Source: Eledone cirrhosa (Eukaryota). Taken from it: a DNA stretch of 64,000 nt. Below the pieces are notes generated by a model. It searched no databases. It was not told the origin of the DNA and saw nothing but the letters and a program-made list of their open reading frames with translations. Both the position numbers and the translations under genes were made by a program. Of this stretch, positions 42,083 to 54,854 are shown piece by piece; the first letter of the stretch is position 1, and the number at the start of each line of letters is the position of its first letter. Location: contig OZ024741.1 of the NCBI GenBank assembly GCA_964016885.1, forward strand, positions 91,140,001 through 91,204,000, written 5' to 3'.

Positions 42083-42270
42083 TTGTGTAGCTGTAAGTCA
42101 GCTGTGACTGAGCAGGGTTGTTGTGTAGCTGTAAGTCAGCTGTGACTGAGCAAGGTTGTTGTGTAGCTGTAAGTCAGCTGTGACTGAGCAGGGTTGTTGT
42201 GTAGCTGTAAGTCAGCTGTGACAGTACAAAGTTGCTGTTGTGTAGCTGCATTTAGCTGTGATTGAGCAGT
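42083..42270. repeat. 38-bp tandem repeat, ~5 copies
   Basis: TTGTGTAGCTGTAAGTCAGCTGTGACTGAGCAGGGTTG starts at 42083, 42121, 42159 and 42197, with a diverged copy at ~42238. Confidence 0.9.
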
Positions 42271-42641
42271 TATGTCAAATAATCTACTGAATGGCTAAGA
42301 GCTATCCTAAGATCTGTGGCCATACTTATACCATATCTTTGCCTGCCAAAGACCATAGTGTATACTTTTACATGCAGTGATGTATCATTTTAGGTGCAGT
42401 GTGACAATTTGGTCATATTCTTTCTCCACTCTACAGTTTAGTTCTGTAAGCTCATAAAAATTAACATGGTGGCTACAGTGGAGGTGATCAAGATGGACTC
42501 AGCTCAGATAAAGAAGAGGCAACTACACTGTAAAAAATCAACAAATAGTTTACTAGCTTGCATTACTGATTTCAGATTTTTCTGTAGGTATAGAAATATT
42601 AGAAGTCACATTATTTAACCATATTATATTTTTATTGGCAG

Positions 42642-42773
42642 GAGTTAAGTAGCTGTCCAAATCTCATCACTCATGGAATTAGTCGTCATGATCTGAAACA
42701 AGGCCAGTTAAATGACTGTTGGTTTCTATCAACACTATCTGCAATAGCAGAGAAATCACAGCTGATGAATAAA
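42642..42773 (+). CDS. Calpain exon 3 (catalytic Cys)
   Basis: ELSSCPNLITHGISRHDLKQGQLNDCWFLSTLSAIAEKSQLMNK. QGxLxDCW motif with Cys codon at 42717-42719; AG/GT boundaries, phase 0/0. Confidence 0.93.
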
Positions 42774-43584
42774 GTAAATATTTCATTTGGTTGATTAACT
42801 TATAACATTCTGTAATGATTTAGCATAAAGTTTTAACATGGTTTTTTAATTCAAATGTTTATAGTATCTTTAATAGTTGACAGAATATTGTGAATATTTA
42901 CATTAAACTAAAGTAAAGATTTTAATTGTACTTTCAAGAATGTCTTGCTAATGCAGTTTTATGCTGTACAGAACATTAAGAGTTGAATTTATACTTTTTT
43001 TTATAATTACTTACAATCATGGTCAGAACTAATTTATTGTATCTATAAACATACAAACTCACATGTACATACACATATGAATTGACCTAATTACATAGTC
43101 ACACACACAAAGTTTCTCATAACGAGAACATATATAAAGTGCTGTTCATCAGGATGAGATAAATTAATAGATATACAATAATTGATAAATATAGATTTTT
43201 AATATAAGTATTAGATCACAAGCTTTGTGGGAGAGTATATACTTCACACTCAGTACTTAACTAGTACTCTGTTTTATCAATCCCAGAAGGATGAAAATCA
43301 AAGTTGACCCTGACAGGATTTGAAGAATGTGTATAAAGGACTCTAATTAAATATGGCAAAGCAATTTGCCTGACAATCTACCGATTCTGTCATGCACCAG
43401 TATTGAGTTTTAACACAATTGGAGGAAGGTATAGCTGACTAAGTCAACCTCATTTTATTGGCCCTTGAAAGATGAAAGGTAATGCCAACCCTGTCAGGAT
43501 TTGAACTCAGTATAAAGGATCATAACTAAATAAAGCTAGACATTTTATCTGGTACTCTACTGAGTATGTCATCCACCATGATAT

Positions 43585-43586
<2 letters not shown>

Positions 43587-43615
<29 letters not shown>

Positions 43616-46600
43616 CCGTTTTACGTCCGTTCTTCCATGCTAGCATGGGTTAGACGGATTGTCCTGTTGTGGGCAGTGTCCGGTCGGCTGACCATGCCTT
43701 GCTCATACAGGAACTGATTTTGGCTTGATTTCTACAGCTGGATGCCCTTCCTAACACCAACCTCATTTACAGTGAGTGCTGGGTGCTTTTTTCCGTGGTG
43801 CCTACACGTCCACTTTACAGTGTGGGCTGGGTGCTTTTTTGCCGTGGCACCTCCACGACCACCTTGCAGTGGGAGGGTGTGGGGCATATTATCTATATGC
43901 TTCAGTTTCTACCCATGGGAGGTCGGGTACTCTGTATTACTGTGTGACGCCAGAGGTCACGGTCGTGTGTCATCGCCTTTGAGAGGTGTAATTGGGTAAG
44001 GTCGGCTTTTATCACCTCATCCCAGGTCTTCTTGGGTCTCCCCACTCCACGGTTTCCATTGACTTCTAGTGCTCTGCACCTTTTTATGCAGCTGTCATCC
44101 TTCATACGCATCACATGTCCATACCAACGCAACCGCCTCTCCTGCACACAGCATTTGATTCTTCTTATGCTCAGTCTCTCTCTCAATTCATTTATGCTTT
44201 GTCGTTCGCATATATTACTATTACACATCCATCGGAGCATGCAGGCTTCGTTTCTTTCTAATCTACGTAAGTCTTCCACCTTCAGCGCCCAGGTCTCACT
44301 ACCATGTAACATTGTTGTTCGGATACACGCATCATACAGTCTGCCTTTCATTTTGAGGGAGAAACCTTTTGCAGCCAGCAGTGGCAGTAGTTCCCTGAAC
44401 TTCTTCCATCCCGTTCTTACCCTAGTTATTGTACTTTCTGAACACTCACCTCCACTGCTAATTTGGTCACCTAGGTAGCAGAATCTGTCTACTGTTTCTA
44501 CAGAGCCCTCCCAGAGATTGGTGGTACTTGTTTCCTGTGGCTGTTTGCTGCTTGCTGTCCCAGCACAGCTGCTACATGTGAAGCCTACATTCTTAATTAA
44601 GCTTCCTGAGATCCCACTACATCTCTTGTGTACCCATTGTTTGCATTTGGGGCAGAGAATGGAGTTCCTACCTACACCTTTCCTACATACTGAGCAAGGC
44701 CATTTCCCTGAGGGGATCTGGGTTCTGTTTTCTCGTCTACTTACAAGGACCTTAGTCTTTGTCATGTTGACTTTGAGACCCTTTCTTTCTAGTCCCTGCT
44801 TCCATGTTTGAAATTTCTTCTCTAGATCTACCATAGATTCAGCTATAAGTGCGAGGTCATCAGCATACAGGAGTTCCCATGGGCATCCGGTCTTAAACTC
44901 CTCCGTTATTGCCTGCAGGACTATGATGAACAGGAGGGGGCTAAGAACAGAGCCCTGGTGGACACCAACCTGTACGCTAAATTCCTTGCTATACTCATTG
45001 CTAATCCTAACTTTGCTGACTGCTCCCCTATACATGGCTTGTACAGCTTTCACAAGCCATTCATCTACTCCTAGTTTTCTAAGAGCCCACCAGATTACAG
45101 TACGTGGAACTCTGTCAAAGGCTTTCTCGAGATCGACGAATGCCAGGTAGAGTGGCTTACTTTTAGCTAGGTACTTTTCTTGTAACTGCCTCACAAGGAA
45201 GAGGGCATCAGTGGTGCCTCTTCCTGGTACAAACCCAAATTGCATCTCATCTAGTTTCACCCGGTCCCTAATCAACTGTGCTATAACTCTTTCTGTTACT
45301 TTCATGACCTGGTCCATCAGCTTTAGTTTCCTCTATCTAGTGCATCACGTTTACCTTTGTAGCAGTTGACAATGATGCTACTGCACCAATCTTTTGGTAT
45401 GACACCTTCTAGTATTACCTGGTTAACAATACGCGTGGTTATAGTGTGACCTACAGACCCAGATGCCTTCAGCATCTTGGCAGCTATACCCGATGGACCG
45501 GTTGCCTTCCCCATCTTCATATCTTTGATTGCCTTACTTACTACGTTGCTGCTGACTTGTACTACTGACTCCTCTATAGGGTCTACTTGGGGTAGGGTCT
45601 CTTCTTCCCATGCATTCTCCTCATTTAGTAATCTATCCTAATGGCTCTTCCATGCATCTTTCTTCTCAACACTTGTGAGGGCAAGCTCACCTTTATCATT
45701 CTGGATACACTTCTCTCCAATGACCTCACAATTCTCTCTGACACACTGCCTCACAATCTTGAACACCTCCTGTTTCTGGTCCTCACGTTGCAAAACATGC
45801 TTGAATTTTCTATCCTCTGCTTCCCTCCTAGCTAAGTATACTTGTCGCCTAGCTTCCCTCTTGGTCTCTATGTAATGTACCCTGCTCCCCCCATTCTTCC
45901 ATTCTTTCCATGCCTGTCTCTTGGCCTTAACTGCTTCATCTCCCTTATTGTTCCACCACCAAGTCACTCTCCTCTTGCTTGTGGTCTTACTCCAGCCACA
46001 GATCTCATCCGTTGCCTCTAGTAAGTTATTTTTTAGGAACTCCCAGTGCCGTTCTACATTGAATGTCTCTATCTGTTCTTCTTTACTATCATAGGCGTTG
46101 AGTAAAATATCTTTAAATCTGTTACTGGCTGAGGGGTCTTTCAGCTTCCAGATATTTCTTCTCCAGGTTGGCCTCTCTTTCCAGGTTTGTCTAGTTCTGA
46201 CCGTGAGGTTGCTGACAACTAAGCTATGTTGGGATGTACATTCCTCACTAGGGTCGGCTTTTGTGTTTACGACCGTCCATCTGTCACGTCCTCTGATGAG
46301 GATAAAATCTATCTGACTAGAATGCTGCCCTGATCTATAGGTGATCAGGTGGTTGTGGGGTATTTTGAAGTTTGTGTTACACATCGACATGTCATTGGCG
46401 TCGCAGAATTCTAGAAGTCTGAATCCTTCTTCATTTCTTGTGCCAACCCCATGGCCTCCATGGACTCTATTGAAGCTGTCACAGTGTTTACCTACGTGCC
46501 CGTTAAAATCTCCTGCGATGATTAGGAAGTCATTGTCGTTTGTTAGAGCAGTAGTGTGCATTAGGGACTCGTAAAACCTATCCTTAAGTTCGTCTGGCAA

Positions 46601-46859
46601 CCCCGATTGAGGTGCGTAAGCTGATATTATTGTGGTAATTGTTTTATTCAGGACTAGTCTGAGTTTAATGATTCTTGCATTTACCCTGTACACTGAGATT
46701 ACTTTATCTACCCACTTGTCAGCTAGTAGTACACCTACACCACCCATCCCATCGTCATTTCCCACCCAGAAACATTTGTAGCGCTGACTTTTTCCTACAA
46801 GGACTCTAGCAGACTCTCCTCTCCATCTAGTCTCTTGCACACAGCATACATCAGTTTCC
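43587..46859 (-). mobile_element. RTE LINE, near full-length ORF (APE + RT with PHD insert), young copy
   Basis: APE ORF 45638..46840 (QETRW, YAPQ, GDFNGH), RT ORF 43902..45317, two short disruptions, (GAT)n tail, 8-bp TSD TGATATAT at 43579-43586 and 46860-46867. Confidence 0.95.
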
Positions 46860-47410
46860 TGATATATATATTAATAAAATATAAAAAGAGTATATGACAG
46901 ATGAGTTCAACACCATTAATCACTAATAACTTTTTTGATCTGTTGCAGATTATATTTTTAACAAGCTAGTATTAATACCTTTAGGTTTTCAGGCATTTCA
47001 GGATCAATCCCCCCCCCCCCCCCAAAAAAAAAACCAACAACAAAAAACAAACAAACAAAAAATTGATAGGCCCCTATTCCCTGCAGAGCCCCCAAACCTT
47101 ACCCGTCATGCTTATAAATAATACAGCTCTCTTTCTTACTCATAGCTTAAACCTCTGACTTATGTCCCCAATGTTCTCTGGAAAAGTTTTAACATTGCAT
47201 TTTTCATTCTTCATAAATCTTAAGCTTCATATCACACTATATTCTCAGCTACTGACAGATAAATGCTATACATATTAAAATGTGTTAATGTTAACTTCAA
47301 CCATATTTTCTGTCTCATAGTAAAAACATACACCAGTGTATCTATATTTCTTAGCAAGAATTTTTAAAATTATATCATATTACTATAATTTCTAACATTG
47401 TTTTCTACAG

Positions 47411-47607
47411 ATACTGCCACCAGGTAATGCTGTCTTTGGTTCTGCTGACTATACTGGAGAAATTCACTGTTGCTTTTGGCAATTTGGTTCTTGGGTTGAT
47501 GTATTTATTGATGACCTATTACCCTCAGTTAATGGAGACATTCTCTTTGCTCATTCGAGTGACCCAAATGAATTCTGGGTATCATTAGTGGAGAAAGCAT
47601 ATGCTAA
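47411..47607 (+). CDS. Calpain exon 4
   Basis: [66 protein letters not shown]; classic FWQFGxWVDVxIDDxLP and EFWxxLxEKAYAK motifs. Phase 0/2. Confidence 0.95.
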
Positions 47608-48395
47608 GTAAGTTTTGGGATGATATTTGTAGCTATACAAATTTGTGATAATTGTTTTGTTTCTGTTACCTATTCACTGGTTATTAGTTATAAAATTTTT
47701 CTTTTCAGTATATAGTTTTTCTTCTGAATTAATAATATCAAAACATTGGCTATTTTAACATTCCAGTTGAATAAATGACTGATGTAAAAGATGGAAATTG
47801 AATATCTTAAGATAGACTACACAATATGTTTCTTATTACTAGGCACTACAAAAGAATTATATTTAATGTGGGTACAGAAATGAAAAGCAGTACTGTTTTT
47901 ATCATTACAAATTGTATTAATGGTGCAGTTAAAATGAACTGATTTGAACTGATAACTAAAATCAATTCATGGACTCAGCTCACTGATTGCTTACTTTTTG
48001 CTCATTAATGGCCAACACATTAGGATAAATCATTAATGGAGAAGAATGTAATGAGTTTAAAGATATGATACAGTGCTGAAATAAATACATTGTACTTATT
48101 TTATGGCTTAGTCAGAGAAAGAAGGGCAAAACCCAAGACCTTTTTGGGGGCCTACAAGGTTAGTATGTGGAAGGGAAATGGCTATACTCAGCCCAGTAGA
48201 CCTAACCCAAATACTTGCAACAGAATATGGTGTTAAAACAGGTGACAGATTAAGTTTTAGTTATGTCGTTTTACTTTCTGCAAGAATTATCTGATCTGTT
48301 AATCCCTCTGTTCAATAAAATAATACCAGTTATACACAGAATTCTATTAAAATTATTATAGTTCCATCCTTGCAAGCAGGAAAAGCAGATGTAAA

Positions 48396-48433
<38 letters not shown>

Positions 48434-48882
48434 ATAGCTCATTTTTACAAATGATTGTAAAAAGCAGGAGCAAATACTGCAAGTGTAACACTATCGATTC
48501 AGCCAAACCACTGCGTTTTCAAATATATAAGAGTCAAAATTATTGTCGACATTGGCATGGATTGAACAGAGATTTTTGTGGCAATGTTTTACAGCTAGGT
48601 GACCTTTCTGACACTAAAGCTTTTAATTGCATCTTATGATATGCAGAGATATAGTTTCTTCATCTAAACTGGATACATACAGTACTAAAATAAATTATGC
48701 AAGAAACTTATCTTTCATTCTTTAATTGAATTCTTCAATTATTGTGAGAATTGTTGGTTACAGTTCTACATATATACAATTTATTATGAGATTATCATGA
48801 TTACTTTCATTCCTGCTTGTTGACTAAAAGTTTATAGAATCTTTATATTGATTCCACTAGATATTGATTTCATATTTTTCAG

Positions 48883-49051
48883 ATTGAATAGATCATATGA
48901 AGCTCTTGAATATGGATTTGAAGCTGATGCATTTACAGATCTGACAGGTGGCTTAGCTGAATGGTATAGACCAAGTGATCTACAAAATAAAGACTTCTAC
49001 CTTATAAGAGCAGCTTTTCAAAATGGGGCTATTATTGGTTGTCTAAGCTCT
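48883..49051 (+). CDS. Calpain exon 5
   Basis: LNRSYEALEYGFEADAFTDLTGGLAEWYRPSDLQNKDFYLIRAAFQNGAIIGCLSS; SYEAL and DLTGG motifs. Phase 2/0. Confidence 0.93.
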
Positions 49052-49144
49052 GTAGGTACTATAGTAATGAATTATTAAATTAAAAGTAGCTTGCATTGTT
49101 CAGATAACATTATAATAAAAAGAGGATTGTATATAATCCTTTAA

Positions 49145-49352
49145 CCCTTTAGCATTTACATTACTCTATATTTACTTTTGTATTTTCACAGTAAACACTT
49201 TATTTCACATAATATTGAATCTATAAGATTTTGATATTATTTATTTTGATAGCAATACCTTAACATAAGTATGATCAGCCAGTTATGGCCAATTTGAACA
49301 GAAAAAGAGGAGAGAATTCTGGCCGGATATGGTCGGTTTAAATGCTAAAGGG
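49145..49352 (+). mobile_element. piggyBac-type MITE (same family)
   Basis: TTAA|CCCTTTAGCATTTA...TAAATGCTAAAGGG|TTAA, perfect 14-bp TIR. Confidence 0.85.
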
Positions 49353-50134
49353 TTAACCTGGTTTTGTATATCAAAGGATAATGGATGGTTTGAAATGAGT
49401 GAATCTCATGATATGTTGAGTTGCCAGAGTATTACATGAAGATTTCCATCTTATGTGGTGAATCTAGAAAAATAATTCTGACTGTGTGCACATATCACTC
49501 TGCTACATAGATGTGTTTATTTCCTGCACATCAAACTATTTCCCTGTCTCTTTCAATGGTGATCTTTCAATGGTGATCACATCATAGATGCTGGATTACA
49601 AACACCAGACCATTTGGCTTGTTAGCCAACACCTTTAGTCAGTTAATATTGATGAAAGAGTATCTCTGTATTAACTCTTCACATCCTGTAATGATTTGGG
49701 CAGAAAATATCTAAAAGCAGGTTAATTAATTCAAATATTTATATCTTTACTAGTAAACAGATCGCTGTGAAAATTTACAATAAACTAAGGTAAAATCTCA
49801 ATTTTAATGTAATGCAATCACAGTGCAACTTAAAACTTTTAAAGAATGTTTTTCTAATGTGGTACAGGACTTTAGAATAACTGGTGCCACAAAAAAGAAA
49901 TTGTACAACTTAAATAACCTTCAACTTATAATCAGTATTTTATTCAACATTTCATTGTCTTATGTTATTAGATATGAAAAAAAATATTTATCATGTTATT
50001 ATAAAATTTCTTATTAAACAACCACTGTTATGTTTTAAATAAGTAGCTGTTTTATTATTTTCATGAACTGTATCACACACATCAGATGTCAAATAACCCC
50101 CTCTGTATAGTCTAGAATCTAGATGACACTAATA

Positions 50135-50477
50135 CAGGTTCACAATCTCTTATCCGAAAACCTTGGGACCAGACACTTTTCAAATTTTTGAATGGAAGAT
50201 TTTTAGTGTAGATTTTAAAGTTTTTAAAATAAAATATTACAGGGGACAGGGTGGCTCAGTTGTAGAGTGCTCGGCTTGAGGCCGCAAGGTCGAGAATTTG
50301 TGCCTCGATCCCGAGGAGTACAGAGACACAATTGCATGACCTGGGTTGACTATGGGTTGTTTTGGGTCAAGTTTGGCACCGAATGCAAGCTTTGGTGCGC
50401 AGATGACATACTGGAAAAATATTCGTTTTTTGGACCGTTTCGGTTTTCGGAATTTCGAATAAAAGATTGTGAACCTG
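50135..50477. mobile_element. Tc1/mariner/pogo-type MITE containing a tRNA-like segment
   Basis: TA|CAGGTTCACAATCTCTTATCCGAAA...TTTCGAATAAAAGATTGTGAACCTG|TA (25-bp TIR, 2 mismatches); internal A-box-like GGTGGCTCAGTTGTAGAG at ~50250. Confidence 0.8.
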
Positions 50478-50618
50478 TATTATAAGAGTTTCTAAAGCTG
50501 TATTCAGTAATGTGAATACAAAATTATTAGGTTGTCTTTTAACAATAATTTATAAATTTGCTCCATTGATACAATTGTCATTTAGTGCTCAACTAATATT
50601 TGTGGTCTTCTTTTTAAG

Positions 50619-50782
50619 AGTAAATGCAATCAAAATGAACTGGAGGAAAAAGGTATGGTACCAAACCATTCATATGTAATAACAGGAGTTGAAGAAGTAC
50701 CCTATCGAGCCCAAACAGAAATGCTTATTCGAGTAAGAAATCCATGGGGTGATACAGAATGGCAAGGCTCTTGGAGTGATGG
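50619..50782 (+). CDS. Calpain exon 6 (catalytic His and Asn)
   Basis: SKCNQNELEEKGMVPNHSYVITGVEEVPYRAQTEMLIRVRNPWGDTEWQGSWSDG; His codon 50667-50669, Asn codon 50739-50741 in RNPWG. Phase 0/2. Confidence 0.95.
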
Positions 50783-51230
50783 GTAAAATAAATTTCATTT
50801 ATGATAATTTGGTGTATTTCATTCACTATTGAGTAATATGCATATGTGGCAGGGCAGTGGATTGGCACAGTTGTTAGTCCATTGGATCAAATATGTTGCA
50901 AATTTTAATTATGGTTCTCTACATTCTGGGAGCAAATTGGCAGAATGTTGGATAGAATGCTGTGCTTTGAGTTCAAATTCCGTCTAGGGCAACTTTTCCT
51001 TTCATCATATTGAGGTTGCGAAAATAAGTACCAGTCCAGTACTTACGTCGAATCTGCCACTATATGTTTTTCTCACTTCTTTATGACTCTCTCTCCTTCT
51101 CTGAAAGAAATCAGCTGTGTTTAGACCTGGAGAGGGATGGGCTCCACCAAGATTAAAATACCCAAGTATTGCCATATACATCACTACAGTGCACTAATGA
51201 CTCTACTAGAAGTTACAGGTACATACATAC

Positions 51231-51261
<31 letters not shown>

Positions 51262-51359
51262 CATACATACATACATACATACATACATACATACATACAT
51301 ACATACATACATACATTCATATATACATACATACATAAATACATACATACATACATGCA

Positions 51360-51903
51360 TGTAATGATATGGGACAGGGACAAGAAGGAATGCACAGTAG
51401 TGGAAGTTAGCTGCCCAGCAGATGCCAATATAATATCAAAGACTAGTGAAAAGGAGAATATTTATGCAGAACTAATGAGAAATCTGCAGATACTCCACCC
51501 TGATTACACCTTCAGATTTATGCCTGTGATTATTGGGGCACTGGGATATGTTAGTAACTGCCTCAATACAAATCTTGAGAAGCTGAGCTTTACAGGAACA
51601 GAAAGAACACAACTAGTTAGGAAATTACAAGTACAGTCCATTAATGAAACTGTAAAAATATGTCAAACATTCCAAAGATTTTGCATCTCATAACTGCATA
51701 TACACATGTACAGATTCAACTCAAAAAATACACATCCACACATACAATAACATCCATACCTACACATGCATGCATGCAGACATGCATACATATCTACCTA
51801 GTTGATGTTGTGTAAATTCCAATGAGAGTGTCTTGTGTCTATGTTAGAAACCGACTCTTTCTATTGGCAAAAATGTGTGAAATTATAAAACCAGAAGAAC
51901 GAA
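51360..51903 (+). mobile_element. RLE-type (R4-like) element family C, 5'-truncated, inserted in (TACA)n
   Basis: IWDRDKKECTVVEVSCPAD...EKENIYAEL...PVIIGALG endonuclease C-terminus, stop at 51693, 3' UTR; (ACAT)n at 51221-51356 and 51904-51973. Confidence 0.8.
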
Positions 51904-52514
51904 CATACATACATACATACATACATACATACATACATACATACATACATACATACATACATACATACATACATTGTGGATTCAATTCCTTCCAAGGTCA
52001 ACTTTGACTTTCATTCTTCCAGGATAAAGTAAAAACCAGTAACGTACTGCTGGCCTTGTGCATAAATTAGAAACTAACATGTATATATAGTGGCTTATGA
52101 TTGGTTTCCAAATTTCTTAATAAAAGTGGCCCCCAAACCAGAAATTCAACCACTGACTCAGAACATATAAAATTATAAACATCACAGTGAGAGTTATTTC
52201 TTTACAGCAAATGAAGCATAATTGAAATTAAACATTTTTATTGCAATGGCATTCAGTAGTAGAAAACATGCTAAACAAAGGGTCAAAAAGACTCTTCAGT
52301 TATGTCAAAGACATGACAATCTCCCTAGTGCTGATGCCATGACAAAATGCATAACATATTCTGTAGAGTACAGGAAGTAATGTTAGTGTGTTGCAGCCTC
52401 TGGCTTTCCTGAGAGGTCACTGACTCCATGTGTGTGCTACAATGATCTGTTCAACTGTTGCTAGCAGGGAAAATGACCATTAAACAATGATGATGATGAT
52501 GATGGTGAAGATAG

Positions 52515-52545
<31 letters not shown>

Positions 52546-52578
52546 ACCTAAGCCATCCATTTCTGTTTCTTTCAAAAG

Positions 52579-52751
52579 GAGTGAAGAATGGAATTATGTT
52601 CCAGATTCTATGAAGAAAGATCTTGAGCTGATGTGTATGGATGACGGAGAGTTCTGGATGGATTTCAATGATTTCCGACACCAATATTGTAACATGATTA
52701 TCTGCACTCTCAATCCAGACTTTGACCATGATGGAATTAGTGATAAAGCAG
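52579..52751 (+). CDS. Calpain exon 7 (end of CysPc)
   Basis: SEEWNYVPDSMKKDLELMCMDDGEFWMDFNDFRHQYCNMIICTLNPDFDHDGISDKA; DDGEFWM motif. Phase 2/1, GTAAGT donor. Confidence 0.95.
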
Positions 52752-53074
52752 GTAAGTAATCCCCTTGTCTTCTATTCAGTTTATCTAATGTAATTAGATT
52801 AATTACATTTTATATAGTTAATAAATGACTATATATATATATATGCAAAAAGTAAACAGAAATAACAAAGCAAATGACACAGTACAATGAAGAACTATAT
52901 TAGTTTTATGTTTGATATAGTAGGAAAAGTGTCTTAACTTTTTAGATGCTAATCCTTCATCAGAAGATAGAATGAGAAATTAAAGAAGAAATAGAAAGAT
53001 AGAGGAGAATGAGCAAGGACAGAAACGAAAACATTTCTTGGAGAAAAAGCAAATCTGTTCATTTCACCATCTCT

Positions 53075-53140
<66 letters not shown>

Positions 53141-53275
53141 CATAACCAAATGAAGAGACAGATGTATATACAGAGAGAGAAAGAGCCATATATCACACAA
53201 GAAACACAGTGTATTGTATATATACCAAATATATATTCTATAGAAGAATATGTACACAGCTGGAATCATAAGTGA

Positions 53276-53398
53276 AACCTTATAGCACTATTTCATATCT
53301 GGAGAGTGTGGCTAAAAATCGATCTATGTAATCGATCATCAAAGACAATCTATCGATTATGATTAAACCACATGAGACACAGGTACTCTTCAGAGATT
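53276..53398 (-). ncRNA. Type I hammerhead ribozyme, intact core
   Basis: Minus strand: AAUCU-CUGAAGA-GUACCUG...CAGAUAU-GAAA-UAGUGCUA-UA/AGGUU. Stem I 5 bp, long stem II, self-complementary stem III, AUA triplet. Confidence 0.7.
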
Positions 53399-53599
53399 TA
53401 GTCTCACTATTCGAAGGGAAGGGTGTGTGAGGATTAGGGAGGAGGGTATATGGGCGAGTGTGAGGGGCAGAGTGTTAGGAAATGGAAGGTGTGTGGGAGG
53501 GGGATGGAGGTGAAGGTATTGCATACCAGATGTATGCTTCAGCCTATGCTCATGGGAGGTGTATGGGATGGGTGGTGGTGGAGGTGAATACTACATGTA

Positions 53600-54450
53600 T
53601 GCTTTGCTTCAGCTTGAACTAATGGGAAGGCGGGTTTTCTGTATTACTGCATAATGCCAGAGATCCCGGTCCTGTGTCATTGCTTTTGAGAGATGCAATT
53701 GTGCTAGTTCAGCTTTTATCTCCTTATCCCAAATATTCTGGGTGTTCTTACTCCATAGACTCCATCAACTTTGAGTGCTCTGCATCTTTTATACAGCTGT
53801 CATCCTTCATACGCATCACATGTCCATACCAATGCCATCTCCTCTCCTGCACACTGCATCTAATTCCTCTTATGCCTATTTTTTTTCTCAGTTCATTTAT
53901 GTTTTGCCGTTCACATCCATCAAAGCATGCAAGCTTCATTTCTTTCCAATCTTTGAAGTCCTTTGACAACAGCGCCCAGGCCTCACTATCATGCAACATT
54001 GCTGCTTGTATAGATGTGTCATACAATTTACCTTTCATTTTGAGGGAAAAGCCTTTTGTAGCCAGCAGTGGTAGTAGCTCCCTGAACTTCTTCCATCCTG
54101 TCATCATTCTGGCTACTGTACTTTCAAAGCACCCACCTCCACTGCTAATTTGGTTACATAGGTAGCAGAAGCTGTCTACTGGGTCTACTGAACCTTCCCA
54201 GAATTTGATGACACTTGTTTTCTTTAGTTGTTTGCTACTTACTGCTCCAGTGCAATGGCTACATATAAAACCTACATTCTTAGCTAAACTACTTGAGATT
54301 CCATAGTGTACCCATAGTTTGCATTTGGAATAGTGGATGGAATTTATACTTACACCTTTCCTTCACACTGAGCAAGACCATTTCCCCAAGGAGATTGCGG
54401 ATCTGTTTTCCCATCTACTTACTAGGTTGACTTTAAGACCCTTTGTTTCT
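53600..54450 (-). mobile_element. Diverged RTE 3' fragment
   Basis: GWKKFRELLPLLATKGFSLKMKG...WHWYGHVMRMKDDSC, plus a degenerate PHD region. Confidence 0.85.
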
Positions 54451-54740
54451 CTCCTCTCTATCATCATCATCATCTTCGTTTAACGTCCATCTTCCATACT
54501 AGCATGGGTTAGATGGGAGTTGTCCCACTTGAGGCAAGGCTGGTCGGGTGACCGTGTTTTGCTCATATAAGACATATATATATATATATATACACACATA
54601 CACATATATATATGCATTTATATAACATATATAGGATGTATGAATGATAAAAGTAATGAAAACTGACAAATTATAACAGTTAATTTTCTGTTTATGGAAT
54701 AATATAGTAACAACATATATGTATTTTGTTTCAATTGTAG

Positions 54741-54854
54741 AATGCCATATTTTAATTCGAGGTCGATGGCAAGATAATTTGAATGCTGGAGGATGGCTGG
54801 AATGTCACACCTTCTACAAAAATCCACAATATCTGATCTTTCTTCATTATGATG
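54741..54854 (+). CDS. Calpain exon 8 (CBSW / domain III start)
   Basis: ECHILIRGRWQDNLNAGGWLECHTFYKNPQYLIFLHYD; GxW..AGG..TF.xNPQY motif. Phase 1/1, GTGAGT donor. Confidence 0.9.

Noticed and set aside
42083-42270. 38-bp repeats with an internal palindrome resembling a CRISPR array
   Set aside because: Units are contiguous with no unique spacers, there are no cas genes, and the context is a eukaryotic intron. It is an ordinary minisatellite.
52487-52578. Poly-Met N-terminal extension of ORF 52487..52759
   Set aside because: It is an intronic (GAT)n tract upstream of the true acceptor at 52578.
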